Positions 1-9,482 are shown, counted from the first letter of the stretch. The stretch is DNA of 64,000 bases from an uncultured Acidobacteriota bacterium (GCA_963827655.1 CAWHCF010000052.1:1-64000), one strand, 5' to 3'. Numbers and translations: made by a program. The notes: generated from the sequence alone by a model not told the origin.

Positions 1-636
1 GACGCCCGGTCGAGGACCAAGCCGGACATCGCCCTGGTGCGCCACCTCTACCTGGATCTCGATCACGATGGATCGAAGGCCCTCGCGGGCATCCTGGCCG
101 ATCCAAGGTTGCCAGGCCCCTCCTATATCCTGAACACATCGCCCGGCAAGCACCAGGTGGTATGGAAGGTGTCCGGATTCACTCCTGAACAGGCGGAGGG
201 GTTCCAGCGGGCGATGGCAACGGCCCATGGCGCCGACCGTGCCGCCACGGATGTAACGCGCGTGTTGCGCATCCCGGGTCTCCGAAACCGAAAGTACAAA
301 CCGCCATGCGAGGTGACCGCGCAGAAGCTCTCCGAGACGATTCGCGTTCCGTCGGATTTTCAAATCGAACCGCAGGCGGAACTACTTCTTCCAGCACCGG
401 CAGCATTTTGCCGCACTCGGAGCCGGCCAGGACCGGTCACCCAGTCCGAACGGGACTGGGCCGAGACCCTTCACCGGCTTCATCAGGGAGAAAGTCCGGC
501 CGCAGTCCAGGCCTGGCTGGAGCTGAAGCGCCAGGACAAGGCCAATCCTGCGTTCTATGCGGCGTTGACCGTCGGCAAGGCCGTCCGCGAACTGGAACGC
601 CGGCGCGGAGCGGGACCCACAATCGAACTCTGTTAA
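1..636 (+). CDS. RepB-type DNA primase (AEP superfamily), 5' truncated by window
   Basis: Frame open from base 1; LYLDLD, PSYILNTSPGKHQVVW and DxxRVLRIPGxxNxK motifs of RepB_primase. Confidence 0.85.
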   Translation, partial: DARSRTKPDIALVRHLYLDLDHDGSKALAGILADPRLPGPSYILNTSPGKHQVVWKVSGFTPEQAEGFQRAMATAHGADRAATDVTRVLRIPGLRNRKYKPPCEVTAQKLSETIRVPSDFQIEPQAELLLPAPAAFCRTRSRPGPVTQSERDWAETLHRLHQGESPAAVQAWLELKRQDKANPAFYAALTVGKAVRELERRRGAGPTIELC

Positions 637-666
637 CCACAAGATTTGACCCAATGGAGGATTGTC

Positions 667-1500
667 ATGGAACGAGAACAGGAAAAGCACTTCATTATCG
701 GAAACACCTTCAGTGTGAAGGACCAGCTCAAGGAGTTGGGCTGCAAATGGGACGGCGACGCGGGACTCTGGTACCACTCCGATCCAAAGATCGCGGCGAA
801 GGCGCAAGAGCTGGTTCCGGCGGGAACCATGACACACGTCATCGGCCGGGCCCCTTTCGCTCTCAGAGACCAACTAAAAGAGCTTGGGGCCAGGTGGGAC
901 CCGAACCAGGGCCAGTGGTACCACACCGATAAAGACGCCGCCGACAGCGCCAGGAACCTGATTGCCGAGGCTCGCGGGCGCTACTATCTGACCGGGGACT
1001 CCCACGACGTGAGGGACCAGTTGAAGACTCTCGGCTGCAGGTGGGACGGCGCGGTGAAACAATGGTACCACACAGAGAAGGACCTGGCCGCCCGGGCGCA
1101 GGCTGTCGTTGATAGGGGACCGGAGCGACACTTCATCAAAGGAGATTTCTATCCGGTCACGGAGCAGCTCAAAGCCATGGACTGCCGCTGGGACCCGGAG
1201 GCGAAGGCCTGGTATCACCTCGACTCGGCGATCGCGGCAAAGGCGCAGGATCTGGTCACAAACAAGGCTGAAAAACACTATGTACCAGAAGTGCCCTATA
1301 AGCTGAACGAGCAGCTGAAACAGATGGGGTGTCGCTGGGATGCGGAGGCCCGCTGCTGGTATCACACCGACCCGGAAATCGGCAGGCAAGCAAATCAGCT
1401 GGTACAGGAGACCCGCGAGAAGCTTCAAGGTCATGAGTCAAAACTCAACAAATCCGAAATCGCCTCCGCCGTCGCAGCTGAGATCGATCACGGTCTCTAA
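667..1500 (+). CDS. Protein of five tandem ~49-aa DUF5710/HARP-like repeats
   Basis: GGAGG RBS at 656-660; five copies of (D/E)QLKx(L/M)xx(R/K)WDxxxxxWYH. Confidence 0.85.
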   Translation: MEREQEKHFIIGNTFSVKDQLKELGCKWDGDAGLWYHSDPKIAAKAQELVPAGTMTHVIGRAPFALRDQLKELGARWDPNQGQWYHTDKDAADSARNLIAEARGRYYLTGDSHDVRDQLKTLGCRWDGAVKQWYHTEKDLAARAQAVVDRGPERHFIKGDFYPVTEQLKAMDCRWDPEAKAWYHLDSAIAAKAQDLVTNKAEKHYVPEVPYKLNEQLKQMGCRWDAEARCWYHTDPEIGRQANQLVQETREKLQGHESKLNKSEIASAVAAEIDHGL

Positions 1501-1560
1501 CTGAGAGGGCCGAGTCCCGCCGCCGCGGGCCCAGTCTGCGCAGTCGAGCCAAGGAACATC

Positions 1561-4278
1561 GTGTTTACGTGCGCCAAGATCAAGGACGGCAGCACCTACC
1601 TGAGCAGTCATCTGACCGCTAATGACTATTACTGTGAGAACGAGCACGTAACGGGCCTCTGGATGGGCAAGGGCGCCGAACGCCTCAGGTTGGCGGGCAC
1701 AACAATCGGCAAGGACGATGCCGCCTTCGAAGCCCTGCGACGGAACCTCATGCCGGATGGCTCCGGCAAACTTACTCCGAGGCGTCCGGAAAACGGCATC
1801 CGCTTCTTCGACTTTCAGTGCTCGGCTCAGAAGAGCGTCTCAATCATGGCGGTCACTCTCGAAGACCGACGCCTCTATGACGCCCACGACAAAGCGGCCG
1901 CCACGGCGTTCGCCGAGCTCGAGAGGTTTGCAGCCTATCGCTCGGGAATGACGCGGCAACCACAGATAACCGGAAATCTCTGTGCGGCCGCCTTCCGGCA
2001 TGATGCATCACGGGCTCTCGATCCCCAGCTTCACACGCATTTCGTCGTGGCGAACGCCACGTGGGATTCCGATCGGAAGCGCTGGCTGGCCCTGGAAACC
2101 TGCGAAATCTTCAAGGCAATCCGATACGCCGGCAAGGTGTACCAGAACGCCCTCGCCATCGAGTGCCGTCGGCTGGGGTACCAGGTTGAACCGGTTCGCA
2201 ATGAAAAAGGTGCAGTCGAGGGATTTGAGATCAGGGGTGTCAGCAGTGAAATCCGCGATCGCTTCAGCAAGCGGCGGGCGGAGGTCGAAGCCGGAATCGA
2301 GAGGTTTCGAATAGAAAAAGGCCGCGCTCCCACGACCGGTGAGATCCACGTTATCACCCGGGAGACCCGGAACGTCAAACTCAAAGAGATCACCACGCCG
2401 GAAGTACGGACCCTTCAGTGCTCGCAGCTCTCCAACGCAGAGCTGGCCGCGCTCATTGGGATCCAGCAGCGTGCCTTGTCGGATGCCAATGGCGATTTCA
2501 GGATGGGATCAAGCTGGAAGGCATTGATGCGCGCGAAGGATCATATCTATGAGCGCCGGTCGGTCGTACGTGGCCATGAGCTCCTCGCCGAGGCGCTCAA
2601 CCAGCGGCTTGGACTTCTCGACCTGGCCGCGCTCAAACGCTACGTGACCAGCGACTCCTCCGGGATCGTGAGGCTCGCCAGACACGCCAACAACCCGCTG
2701 CTGTCGTGCCAGTGGACCTCCCGGCGAGGTATGTACCTCGAGCGCTGGTCGATCGATTTCGTCAATCAAACCCGGGATTCATGTCTACCGCTCGGCAAGA
2801 CCGTAGGGGTCGCCTTTGATTTCAAGTCGCCGGAACAGCAGGAGGCGGTCCTTGAGACTCTTGGGAATACCGACCGCGTCTACGCCATTCGCGGCTGCGC
2901 GGGTGCGGGAAAGACGAGCTGCCTCAGAGAAATCCGCAAGGGGCTTGAAGCGGCGGGCAGTGCCGCATTCTACCTGGCGCCCACGGCATCTGCCGTCGAG
3001 GTTCTGCGCCTGGACGGTTTCAAAGACGCGACGACGGTTGACGACTTTCTCATCAACCATGCGAATAGGCCGGATCTTCCTGGTGCCGTCATCATGATCG
3101 ACGAGTCGAGCCTGCAATCCAGCGAGATGGGGGCCTCCCTCCTGCGTGTCGCTCAAACCCGGGATGCGCGTGTCCTGCTTGTGGGCGATGTCCGGCAGCA
3201 CGTCTCGGTCGAAGCCGGAGACTTCCTCCGGATTCTGGAGCAGCACTCGAACCTCCGGCGGTCGGAACTTAAGGACATTCGCAGGCAGAAGACGCAGGAG
3301 TACAACGCCGCCATCCGCACCATGGCCGGCGGCGACGCCCTCGGTGGCATGAAGCAGTTGGATGCCCTCGGCTGGCTCCAGGAAGCGCAGGGCCGGTACA
3401 TCCAGAAGGCTTCGGAAGCCTACTTCGAGGCAACCGCTGACGGCGCCGATCTGGATCGGTGTATTGCCATCTCGCCCACCTGGGAGGAAAACCACCGCTT
3501 CACTGAATCCATCCGCGAAGGGCTCAAGCAGCGCAAACTCCTCACGGGAGGGACCGTCATCACCGTCCACGAACAACTGGATTGGACCCAGGAGCAGAAG
3601 AGCAATGCCGCAAATTACCGGCCGGGAATGCTCCTGACTTTCAACGCACGTGTTAGTTCGGTCGAACGTGGCCGAACCCTCCGGATCGAACGTATTGAAT
3701 CCGGCCGGATCTGGCTGGAAGGCCATAATCGGTCCATCGATCCCGCCAGGCAGGCCAGGAGGCTCACGGTCTCGCTACCCCGAGAGCTGGAGATCTGCAC
3801 GGGCGACAAGATCCTCATACGCAGCAATCATCGTCCGGATGGGCTGGTTAACGGCCAAGTCCTCACCGTGAAACGACTGTGGGCCGGCGGAACACTGGAG
3901 ACCAGGGAAGGCAAGTTTCTTTCGCCTGGTTTCCGGCACTTCTGCCACGGCTATGTCGTCACCAGTCACAAGGCCCAGGGTCGGACGCACGACATGGTCG
4001 TCGTCGCCGCCGAGCAACTCGACGCGAAGGCTGCCTACGTCGCCTGTTCCAGGGGCCGGCACGAAGCAAGGGTTTTCACTCCCGAGAAAGAACACCTCTG
4101 CAAGCGACTCCAGCGACCTGCAGACCGGCTGGCAGCCACCGACGTAATCGGAGCTTCACGCACTGCGTTCTGGCGGGACGAGGAACGCCTCGACTGGCAA
4201 CGCACTGTCAAGGAGGCTGCCATGGTTAATGTCAGGACCAATCTCCAGAAGACTCCGGCGATCGAAATGACCCGTTGA
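1561..4278 (+). CDS. trwC: MOBF (TrwC/TraI-like) relaxase with RecD-like helicase domain
   Basis: N-terminal DYY, SAQKSVS, HDASRALDPQLHTH; helicase GCAGAGKT, IDES, VGDxRQH, HGYVVTSHKAQG, YVACSRGR. Confidence 0.95.
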   Translation: MFTCAKIKDGSTYLSSHLTANDYYCENEHVTGLWMGKGAERLRLAGTTIGKDDAAFEALRRNLMPDGSGKLTPRRPENGIRFFDFQCSAQKSVSIMAVTLEDRRLYDAHDKAAATAFAELERFAAYRSGMTRQPQITGNLCAAAFRHDASRALDPQLHTHFVVANATWDSDRKRWLALETCEIFKAIRYAGKVYQNALAIECRRLGYQVEPVRNEKGAVEGFEIRGVSSEIRDRFSKRRAEVEAGIERFRIEKGRAPTTGEIHVITRETRNVKLKEITTPEVRTLQCSQLSNAELAALIGIQQRALSDANGDFRMGSSWKALMRAKDHIYERRSVVRGHELLAEALNQRLGLLDLAALKRYVTSDSSGIVRLARHANNPLLSCQWTSRRGMYLERWSIDFVNQTRDSCLPLGKTVGVAFDFKSPEQQEAVLETLGNTDRVYAIRGCAGAGKTSCLREIRKGLEAAGSAAFYLAPTASAVEVLRLDGFKDATTVDDFLINHANRPDLPGAVIMIDESSLQSSEMGASLLRVAQTRDARVLLVGDVRQHVSVEAGDFLRILEQHSNLRRSELKDIRRQKTQEYNAAIRTMAGGDALGGMKQLDALGWLQEAQGRYIQKASEAYFEATADGADLDRCIAISPTWEENHRFTESIREGLKQRKLLTGGTVITVHEQLDWTQEQKSNAANYRPGMLLTFNARVSSVERGRTLRIERIESGRIWLEGHNRSIDPARQARRLTVSLPRELEICTGDKILIRSNHRPDGLVNGQVLTVKRLWAGGTLETREGKFLSPGFRHFCHGYVVTSHKAQGRTHDMVVVAAEQLDAKAAYVACSRGRHEARVFTPEKEHLCKRLQRPADRLAATDVIGASRTAFWRDEERLDWQRTVKEAAMVNVRTNLQKTPAIEMTR

Positions 4279-4288
4279 GGAAAGAGGT

Positions 4289-4642
4289 ATGTCGTTTCAG
4301 AGCTACAGCTCCCGTGCCTCACTTCGTTCGGCATTGGTCGGCGGACTGTTCGTTCTGGCCGGTGGAGTGAAACGCGTCATACCGGATCAGTGGCTGGTGC
4401 AGGCCGAGCTCCTCCAGAACGGCCGTCTGCTCCGGCTGAGCTACACCTTCTGCACGATTGAAGTCGCAGGCCAGAACCTCGATCCAATTTTTGAGGACGC
4501 CAGCATCGGGAAACTTGGCGCGATCCAGGCTGCTCCCCCTCAGGAGGTGCCCGGCGGACAGCCGTGCGTAACGAGCATCATCGTTGTTGCCGCCGGCCCT
4601 CAGTCCGCATCCGAATTCGAAGAGGGGTGCTTCGATGCGTAG
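4289..4642 (+). CDS. Hypothetical relaxase-adjacent protein
   Basis: GAGG RBS, starts 10 bp after relaxase stop, 117 aa. Confidence 0.65.
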   Translation: MSFQSYSSRASLRSALVGGLFVLAGGVKRVIPDQWLVQAELLQNGRLLRLSYTFCTIEVAGQNLDPIFEDASIGKLGAIQAAPPQEVPGGQPCVTSIIVVAAGPQSASEFEEGCFDA

Positions 4643-4754
4643 ATTGATCCGGGTTGCCAGAAGGGGAGTGTTGGAAATTCTCGGATCGGTAGAGCGAAGC
4701 TCTCCCAATCCGAGACGCAATACCTCGAACGAAATGTTCGAGGTATTTTTGAAC

Positions 4755-4864
4755 GGCAACAAAGAGGCAACGCGTTGCTGCCTTGTTGCCGTTCTGTTGC
4801 CGGTTTGTTGCCGCTTCCGGACGAGATCGCCCGACAAGAGGCAACAAAGAGGCAACACGTTGCC
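4755..4864. repeat. 11-bp-phased GGCAAC/GTTGCC array, candidate oriT or operator
   Basis: GGCAAC at 4755, 4766, 4840, 4851; GTTGC(C) at 4774, 4785, 4796, 4807, 4859; 24-bp direct repeat 4755-4778 / 4840-4863 with one mismatch. Confidence 0.85.
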
Positions 4865-4904
4865 TGTTCAGAACCGGCTATCTTCAATGCAGGAATGATT
4901 TGCG

Positions 4905-5285
4905 ATGAAAGGGAAACCATACAGGTCCAGCCTCATTCCTTACGAGGACGAGATCGTCGACCTGAGGCGGCGCAGGCCGCCAATGCCGTACTCCCAGATC
5001 TCCGAATTGTTGAGCCGGAAATACCAGCTCAAGGTTTGTCGAGAGACCATCTTCAAGTTTGTCCGGGTGAGATGTCGTGGGCGGAAAGTGTATTCCTACA
5101 GCCCATCGCGGATTTCGGAGAAGCCGGTGTCCGGCCCGGCGTTGATCAAACCGGCCAACCCCGGTTCGAAGCAGCCGCCCAAGCCCTTATTCGATTTCAA
5201 ATTCAGCGAGAGGTACAACCTGACCCGGCTGCCGCCGGAAGAGGCTGTCGCGCGCCGGAAAAAACTCGAAGAGGAGGGACACTGA
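4905..5285 (+). CDS. Small basic HTH-like DNA-binding protein (TraK/MobC-like position)
   Basis: YSQISELLSRKYQLKVCRETIFKFV resembles an HTH; stop overlaps next ATG (TGATG). Confidence 0.65.
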   Translation: MKGKPYRSSLIPYEDEIVDLRRRRPPMPYSQISELLSRKYQLKVCRETIFKFVRVRCRGRKVYSYSPSRISEKPVSGPALIKPANPGSKQPPKPLFDFKFSERYNLTRLPPEEAVARRKKLEEEGH

Positions 5286-6020
5286 TGCCCACGATTCTGT
5301 TTACGGCCGGCGCCAAGGGAGGCACCGGAAAATCCACGGCCGCCCGATTCCTGATTACCTGGCTGCGCGAGACATGGCACCGATCCGGTGCTGCTGGATC
5401 TGGATGATGAGAACCGGACACTGTCCCGTTTCTTTCCCGAGGCTCACCAGGTCGAGATCAGAAAGAAGTCGTCGCACGACATTTTGGTCGAGCGGGCGCT
5501 CAAGGGCGATTCCCTGATCGTTGCCGACCTGAAAGCCGGAACCGGTCGGGAGGTCCTCGACTGGTGGCTCGATGTCCCGTTTGAAGAACTTGAGTCGATC
5601 GTCCGGTTTGTATGCCTTGCTTCAGTGACCAGCTCGCCCGACAGTGTCCAGTCCTTCTTCAACTGGGTGGCCGCACTCCAAAATCGCGTTTCCTACGTCG
5701 TTTTCAAGAATCTCAAGGACGGGGATTACCTGCCCGACTACGATGCGAGCAATGAAGCGCTTATCTTCCGCGAACGATTCTCGCCGCACCATGTGGTGAT
5801 CCCACGCCTGGACGAGGAGTACGTAACCGAACTCGAAAGGCTGGACCTGACCATATCGGAGGTCCTGAGCTCGTCCAATGGCAATTCGGCCCGCGGGCGG
5901 GAAATCGGATCGGTGCTCTGCCAGCTCATGGTGAGAGCGAGGCTCCGTCGTTTTCAGCAGGACATCTACAAGCAACTGGATCCCATTCGTGAGGGATTGA
6001 TGTTGGGGAGCAAAGTATGA
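5285..6020 (+). CDS. ParA/MinD-family P-loop ATPase (TraL/MobD-like), frameshift near 5370-5390
   Basis: Deviant Walker A AKGGTGKST in one frame continues as LLDLDDENRTL in another. Confidence 0.8.
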
Positions 6021-6859
6021 AGCCCGTAGAAGCTCAACAACCGCTGTTCAAGGAGCTGGCCGCCGGGCTACCGGATGAGGCCCAGGCGGAGTTTTTCCGT
6101 AACCTGCATGAGGCCGGCATTGGCCCGAACGACGTCGAACTGGCCCGCCTGTTGCGCGCCCTCCAGCTTTACAAGTCCTACTACGAATCAATCCCGGCGG
6201 CCGTAAAGGAGGCTGCCGGCGAAATCCAGCGGCTGAAGCAGGAGATTGAAAGCTTCGTCGGTAACGCGCGCGAGTCCTCCGATGCTGCCGCCGACATTTC
6301 CGCTCAGGTGCTTCAGGAAACCGACCGTTTCCGCGAGGATCTGGCGGCGATCCACAAGCATGTGGAGGAAGCCACCAGCAAGTCCGCGGAAAGCCTGGCG
6401 GTACGAATGGCTGAATTGTTGGGTGCCGCCATCGAGGAGAACGTGTTTTCGCCGCTTCAGGCCCGTCTGGCGGAACTCGCGGATTCGAACCGGGGATTCA
6501 AGGATGCCATCGCCCGAAACAACCAGGCTTCAGCCGCCCTGCACAGAAACGCCATCGTCGCCCGCCGCATTCACCTGGGGGCATACAGCCTGGGTGGGAT
6601 TCTGGTCGTATGCGCCTTGTCTTTGGGCGCCTGGCTGTACCTCGAGCATTGGTACACGACCCGCCTTGACCGGGAACGTCGAGTCCTCATCGCGCAGACT
6701 GACGAGAATCGCGCCGTGCTTCTCCAGCTTGCCAGATCGCGCAGGACCCTGGAACTGCTCCAGGACCCGGAGCATCCCCATCGAAAACTCCTGGTCATGA
6801 AGGACGCTTCAGGATGGCGCTCGACTCGCAACCACGGCGTCATCGAGTTCAACGATTGA
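6017..6859 (+). CDS. Coiled-coil protein with C-terminal TM helix (TraM/MobE-like position)
   Basis: ATGA overlap with upstream gene; helical N-terminus, hydrophobic LGGILVVCALSLGAWLY. Confidence 0.65.
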   Translation: MKPVEAQQPLFKELAAGLPDEAQAEFFRNLHEAGIGPNDVELARLLRALQLYKSYYESIPAAVKEAAGEIQRLKQEIESFVGNARESSDAAADISAQVLQETDRFREDLAAIHKHVEEATSKSAESLAVRMAELLGAAIEENVFSPLQARLAELADSNRGFKDAIARNNQASAALHRNAIVARRIHLGAYSLGGILVVCALSLGAWLYLEHWYTTRLDRERRVLIAQTDENRAVLLQLARSRRTLELLQDPEHPHRKLLVMKDASGWRSTRNHGVIEFND

Positions 6860-6875
6860 TGCTTCGGGAGGCTCG

Positions 6876-8718
6876 ATGCCCTCACGCGCCTATGTGGCTC
6901 ACGATCGCGTCGTTTCCGCTGCAAGGATGTACGTCCAGATGGTGGTCGTCGGATTGCTGCTGGCGGCGATCATTTATGTAGGCGCGATGAGTGCATTCGT
7001 ATCTCGATATTGCGGCGTGTCGATTCCCGAAGTCCAGGTGTTGGACGGGAAGCGCCGTCTGATCACCAATCCGAGAAACAAGCGGCTGCCGGTAGTTGCG
7101 CTGCTAAAGTACTACGTCTCCCTCAATCCGAAGAACTATCTCGGTATTCAGCTCAGTTCGAATCGCATCGATACCGCCGCAAAGAGCGAAATCGTTGAGC
7201 CCGAGCTCCGTGGCTTCTTTCACTCCAGGGAAGTGCCGAGGGAAACATACCGGAAAGCCATCCTGTTGCTCACACACGGACGTGTCGAGCAGCTCCGCTG
7301 GATCGTCCCGACGAGTCTGCTATTCTTCCCGGCCTTCGCGCTGCTTTACTTCCTCGCCTTCAGCCGGCTGAACAGGAAAACCGAAAAAACCGCAGTTCGT
7401 TCGCGGAGCGGATCTCATCCCGTTCAGGCGGATACGCGCGGCGCTCAAACGTGCCATCAGGGAGGAGCAGAAGGACAACCCGCAGCTGATGCCCCTTCGT
7501 CTGGGCAAGGCATCCTTGCCGGATTCGGTGTCCCGCCGCCATATCCTGGTGCTGGGGACGACCGGGGCGGGCAAGTCTGTGTGCCTGAATCACTATCTGA
7601 CGTCGCTCAAGGAACGGCGCCGCTCTACCGCCGAGGTGAACAAGTGTGTCGTCTACGACGTCAAAGGCGAGTTTTGCGCGAAACACCTCGATCGAGGCGA
7701 TCTCGTGTTTTATCCCTTCGACCGGAGATCGATTCCATGGAGATTCTTCAACGAAATCCGCGATTATCCTGACCTTGATGTCCTCGGAACCTCCCTCTAC
7801 TCGCCGCCCAAAGACTGCAAGGATCCATATTGGTATAACGCCGCGCGCGACATCTTCCGCACCGGTCTCTTTTATCTGCTGCGCGAGGAACGGACATCGA
7901 ATAGCGATATCTGGGAGTTTTTCTCGCAGCCGCTGCAGCAGGTACGGGATGCGCTCTATACACTGCCCATGCGGGAGCTGGGCGCCCTCAAGCACATCGA
8001 CAAGGCCGATTCGAATCAGGCCGCCTCGGTTGTTTCGATATTGCAGGAACGGCTTACCTTCTTTCGTTACCTGACCGATAGCGACGGGGCTTTCTCCTTC
8101 CGGTCGTTCATCCAGGATGACGACGATCGGAGAAATCTCTTTCTCATGAACATCCGACAATACGAGGCCATCTTCCGCCCGCTGATGACTTTTGTTATCG
8201 ACATCATGACCCGGGAAGTGCTCTCGCTTGCCGACAGCTTCAGCCGCCGCATCACATTTATCGTCGATGAGTTCGGTTCTCTCGACAAGATGCCATGCAT
8301 TTTCGATTTTCTTACCATGGGCCGCTCCAAAGGCGGCTTTCTGGTCCTGGCCAATCAGGATCTCGGCTCGGTGTCGAGTATCTATGGCACCGACAAGAAG
8401 GAGACGTTTTTCAATAATTTCAACGTACATCTTGTTTTTCGCCTGAACGATCCGACGACAGCCGAATTTCTGTCGAAGGCCTTTGGCGAGCGGGAGGTGA
8501 TCAAGAAGTTCCAGAGCAGTCAGTTCAGTCCGAGTGACCTTGGCGACCGCTTCAGCATGAGCGAGCAGGAAAAGTTGGAGAAGATCGTCCTCCCAACGGA
8601 ATTTCAGAACCTCCCTGACTTCCATGCCTACCTGAAGATCGCCAACTACGGCCTGACCCGTATGAAAACGCCTCGCAGGTTCCTGCCGAAGATCAACGAG
8701 GAGTTCGCTGCTACGTGA
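6876..8718 (+). CDS. Type IV coupling protein (TrwB/TraD family), frameshift in A-run at ~7384-7389
   Basis: Two N-terminal TM helices; removing one A gives KTEKPQFVRGADL; Walker A GTTGAGKS, VYDVKG, IVDEFGSL, GRSKG, LPTEFQNLPD. Confidence 0.92.
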
Positions 8719-8988
8719 TTTCGGCCTGCAGCTGATGCTGCAGGGAGAGGCCTGGTCATGAAGCTCCTGTCGGATAGCGGCTTTCTGGTGGCCTCCCGGC
8801 CTGCTTTGCCTGCTCGGTTGACCCGCGCATGGCTCATGCCAAGGAAAGCGGCTCCTGTCATTCGCCCTGCTGTCGGCGGACTGCACCTCGCAACGGCTGC
8901 GCGGCCACCGTTTCCCCACGCTCTGCGGACTTGTTCCTCAGCCGAGGGTGAAGGAACAAGGTCAACATCACTGAAAGGAGAAATCGAA

Positions 8989-9267
8989 ATGTCCAACAAC
9001 AAAGCAGCAACGCAACAGGAATCCAGTCCAGCCGCCGGCAACCAGCCGGTGCATCGGATCCGGATCTCGCGGATCCAGGCCGCGATCTGGCAGAACAGCG
9101 GCGACAACGGTCCCTGGTACAACGTGACCCTGTCGCGCAGCTATAAGGATGCCAACGACGACTGGAAGTCGACCGACTCCTTCTCCGTCGATGACCTCCT
9201 GGTCCTCGCCAAGGTCGCCAACGAGGCTCACAGCTGGATCATCCAGAAACAGCATGAACGCACCTGA
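8989..9267 (+). CDS. Small putative ssDNA-binding protein (PC4/Whirly-like)
   Basis: AAAGGAG RBS; PVHRIRISRIQAAIWQN...YNVTLSRSYKD..DWKSTDSFSVDDL pattern. Confidence 0.7.
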   Translation: MSNNKAATQQESSPAAGNQPVHRIRISRIQAAIWQNSGDNGPWYNVTLSRSYKDANDDWKSTDSFSVDDLLVLAKVANEAHSWIIQKQHERT

Positions 9268-9280
9268 TGTTCATACCAGC

Positions 9281-9305
9281 CCCGCCCGGTGAAAAGCCGG
9301 GCGGG
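9281..9305 (+). terminator. GC-rich hairpin (terminator-like, no U tract)
   Basis: CCCGCCCGG-N7-CCGGGCGGG after the SSB-like gene. Confidence 0.45.
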
Positions 9306-9344
9306 CGCAATGAGCCGTTCTCATACCATGAAAGGAGATTTCGC

Positions 9345-9482
9345 ATGCCCGATAAAGATCAGAAGCCTGCTCCACGGAACATTCCCGACGAGCTTGAACT
9401 GCTGGGAGGTGAGCCCCTCGAAGGCTCCGGTTTCGAGACAGAGATTCCAGAACCTGACTCTGAATGGAGGGACCCCCGATGA
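9345..9482 (+). CDS. 45-aa acidic peptide
   Basis: AAAGGAG RBS at 9331-9337; stop overlaps ardC start (ATGA). Confidence 0.6.
   Translation: MPDKDQKPAPRNIPDELELLGGEPLEGSGFETEIPEPDSEWRDPR

Noticed and set aside
4584-4920. ORFs over the GGCAAC array
   Set aside because: Peptides (RQQ, CC runs) are translations of the DNA repeats
7360-8919. 519-aa minus-strand ORF
   Set aside because: Antisense shadow of the coupling protein gene, no motifs
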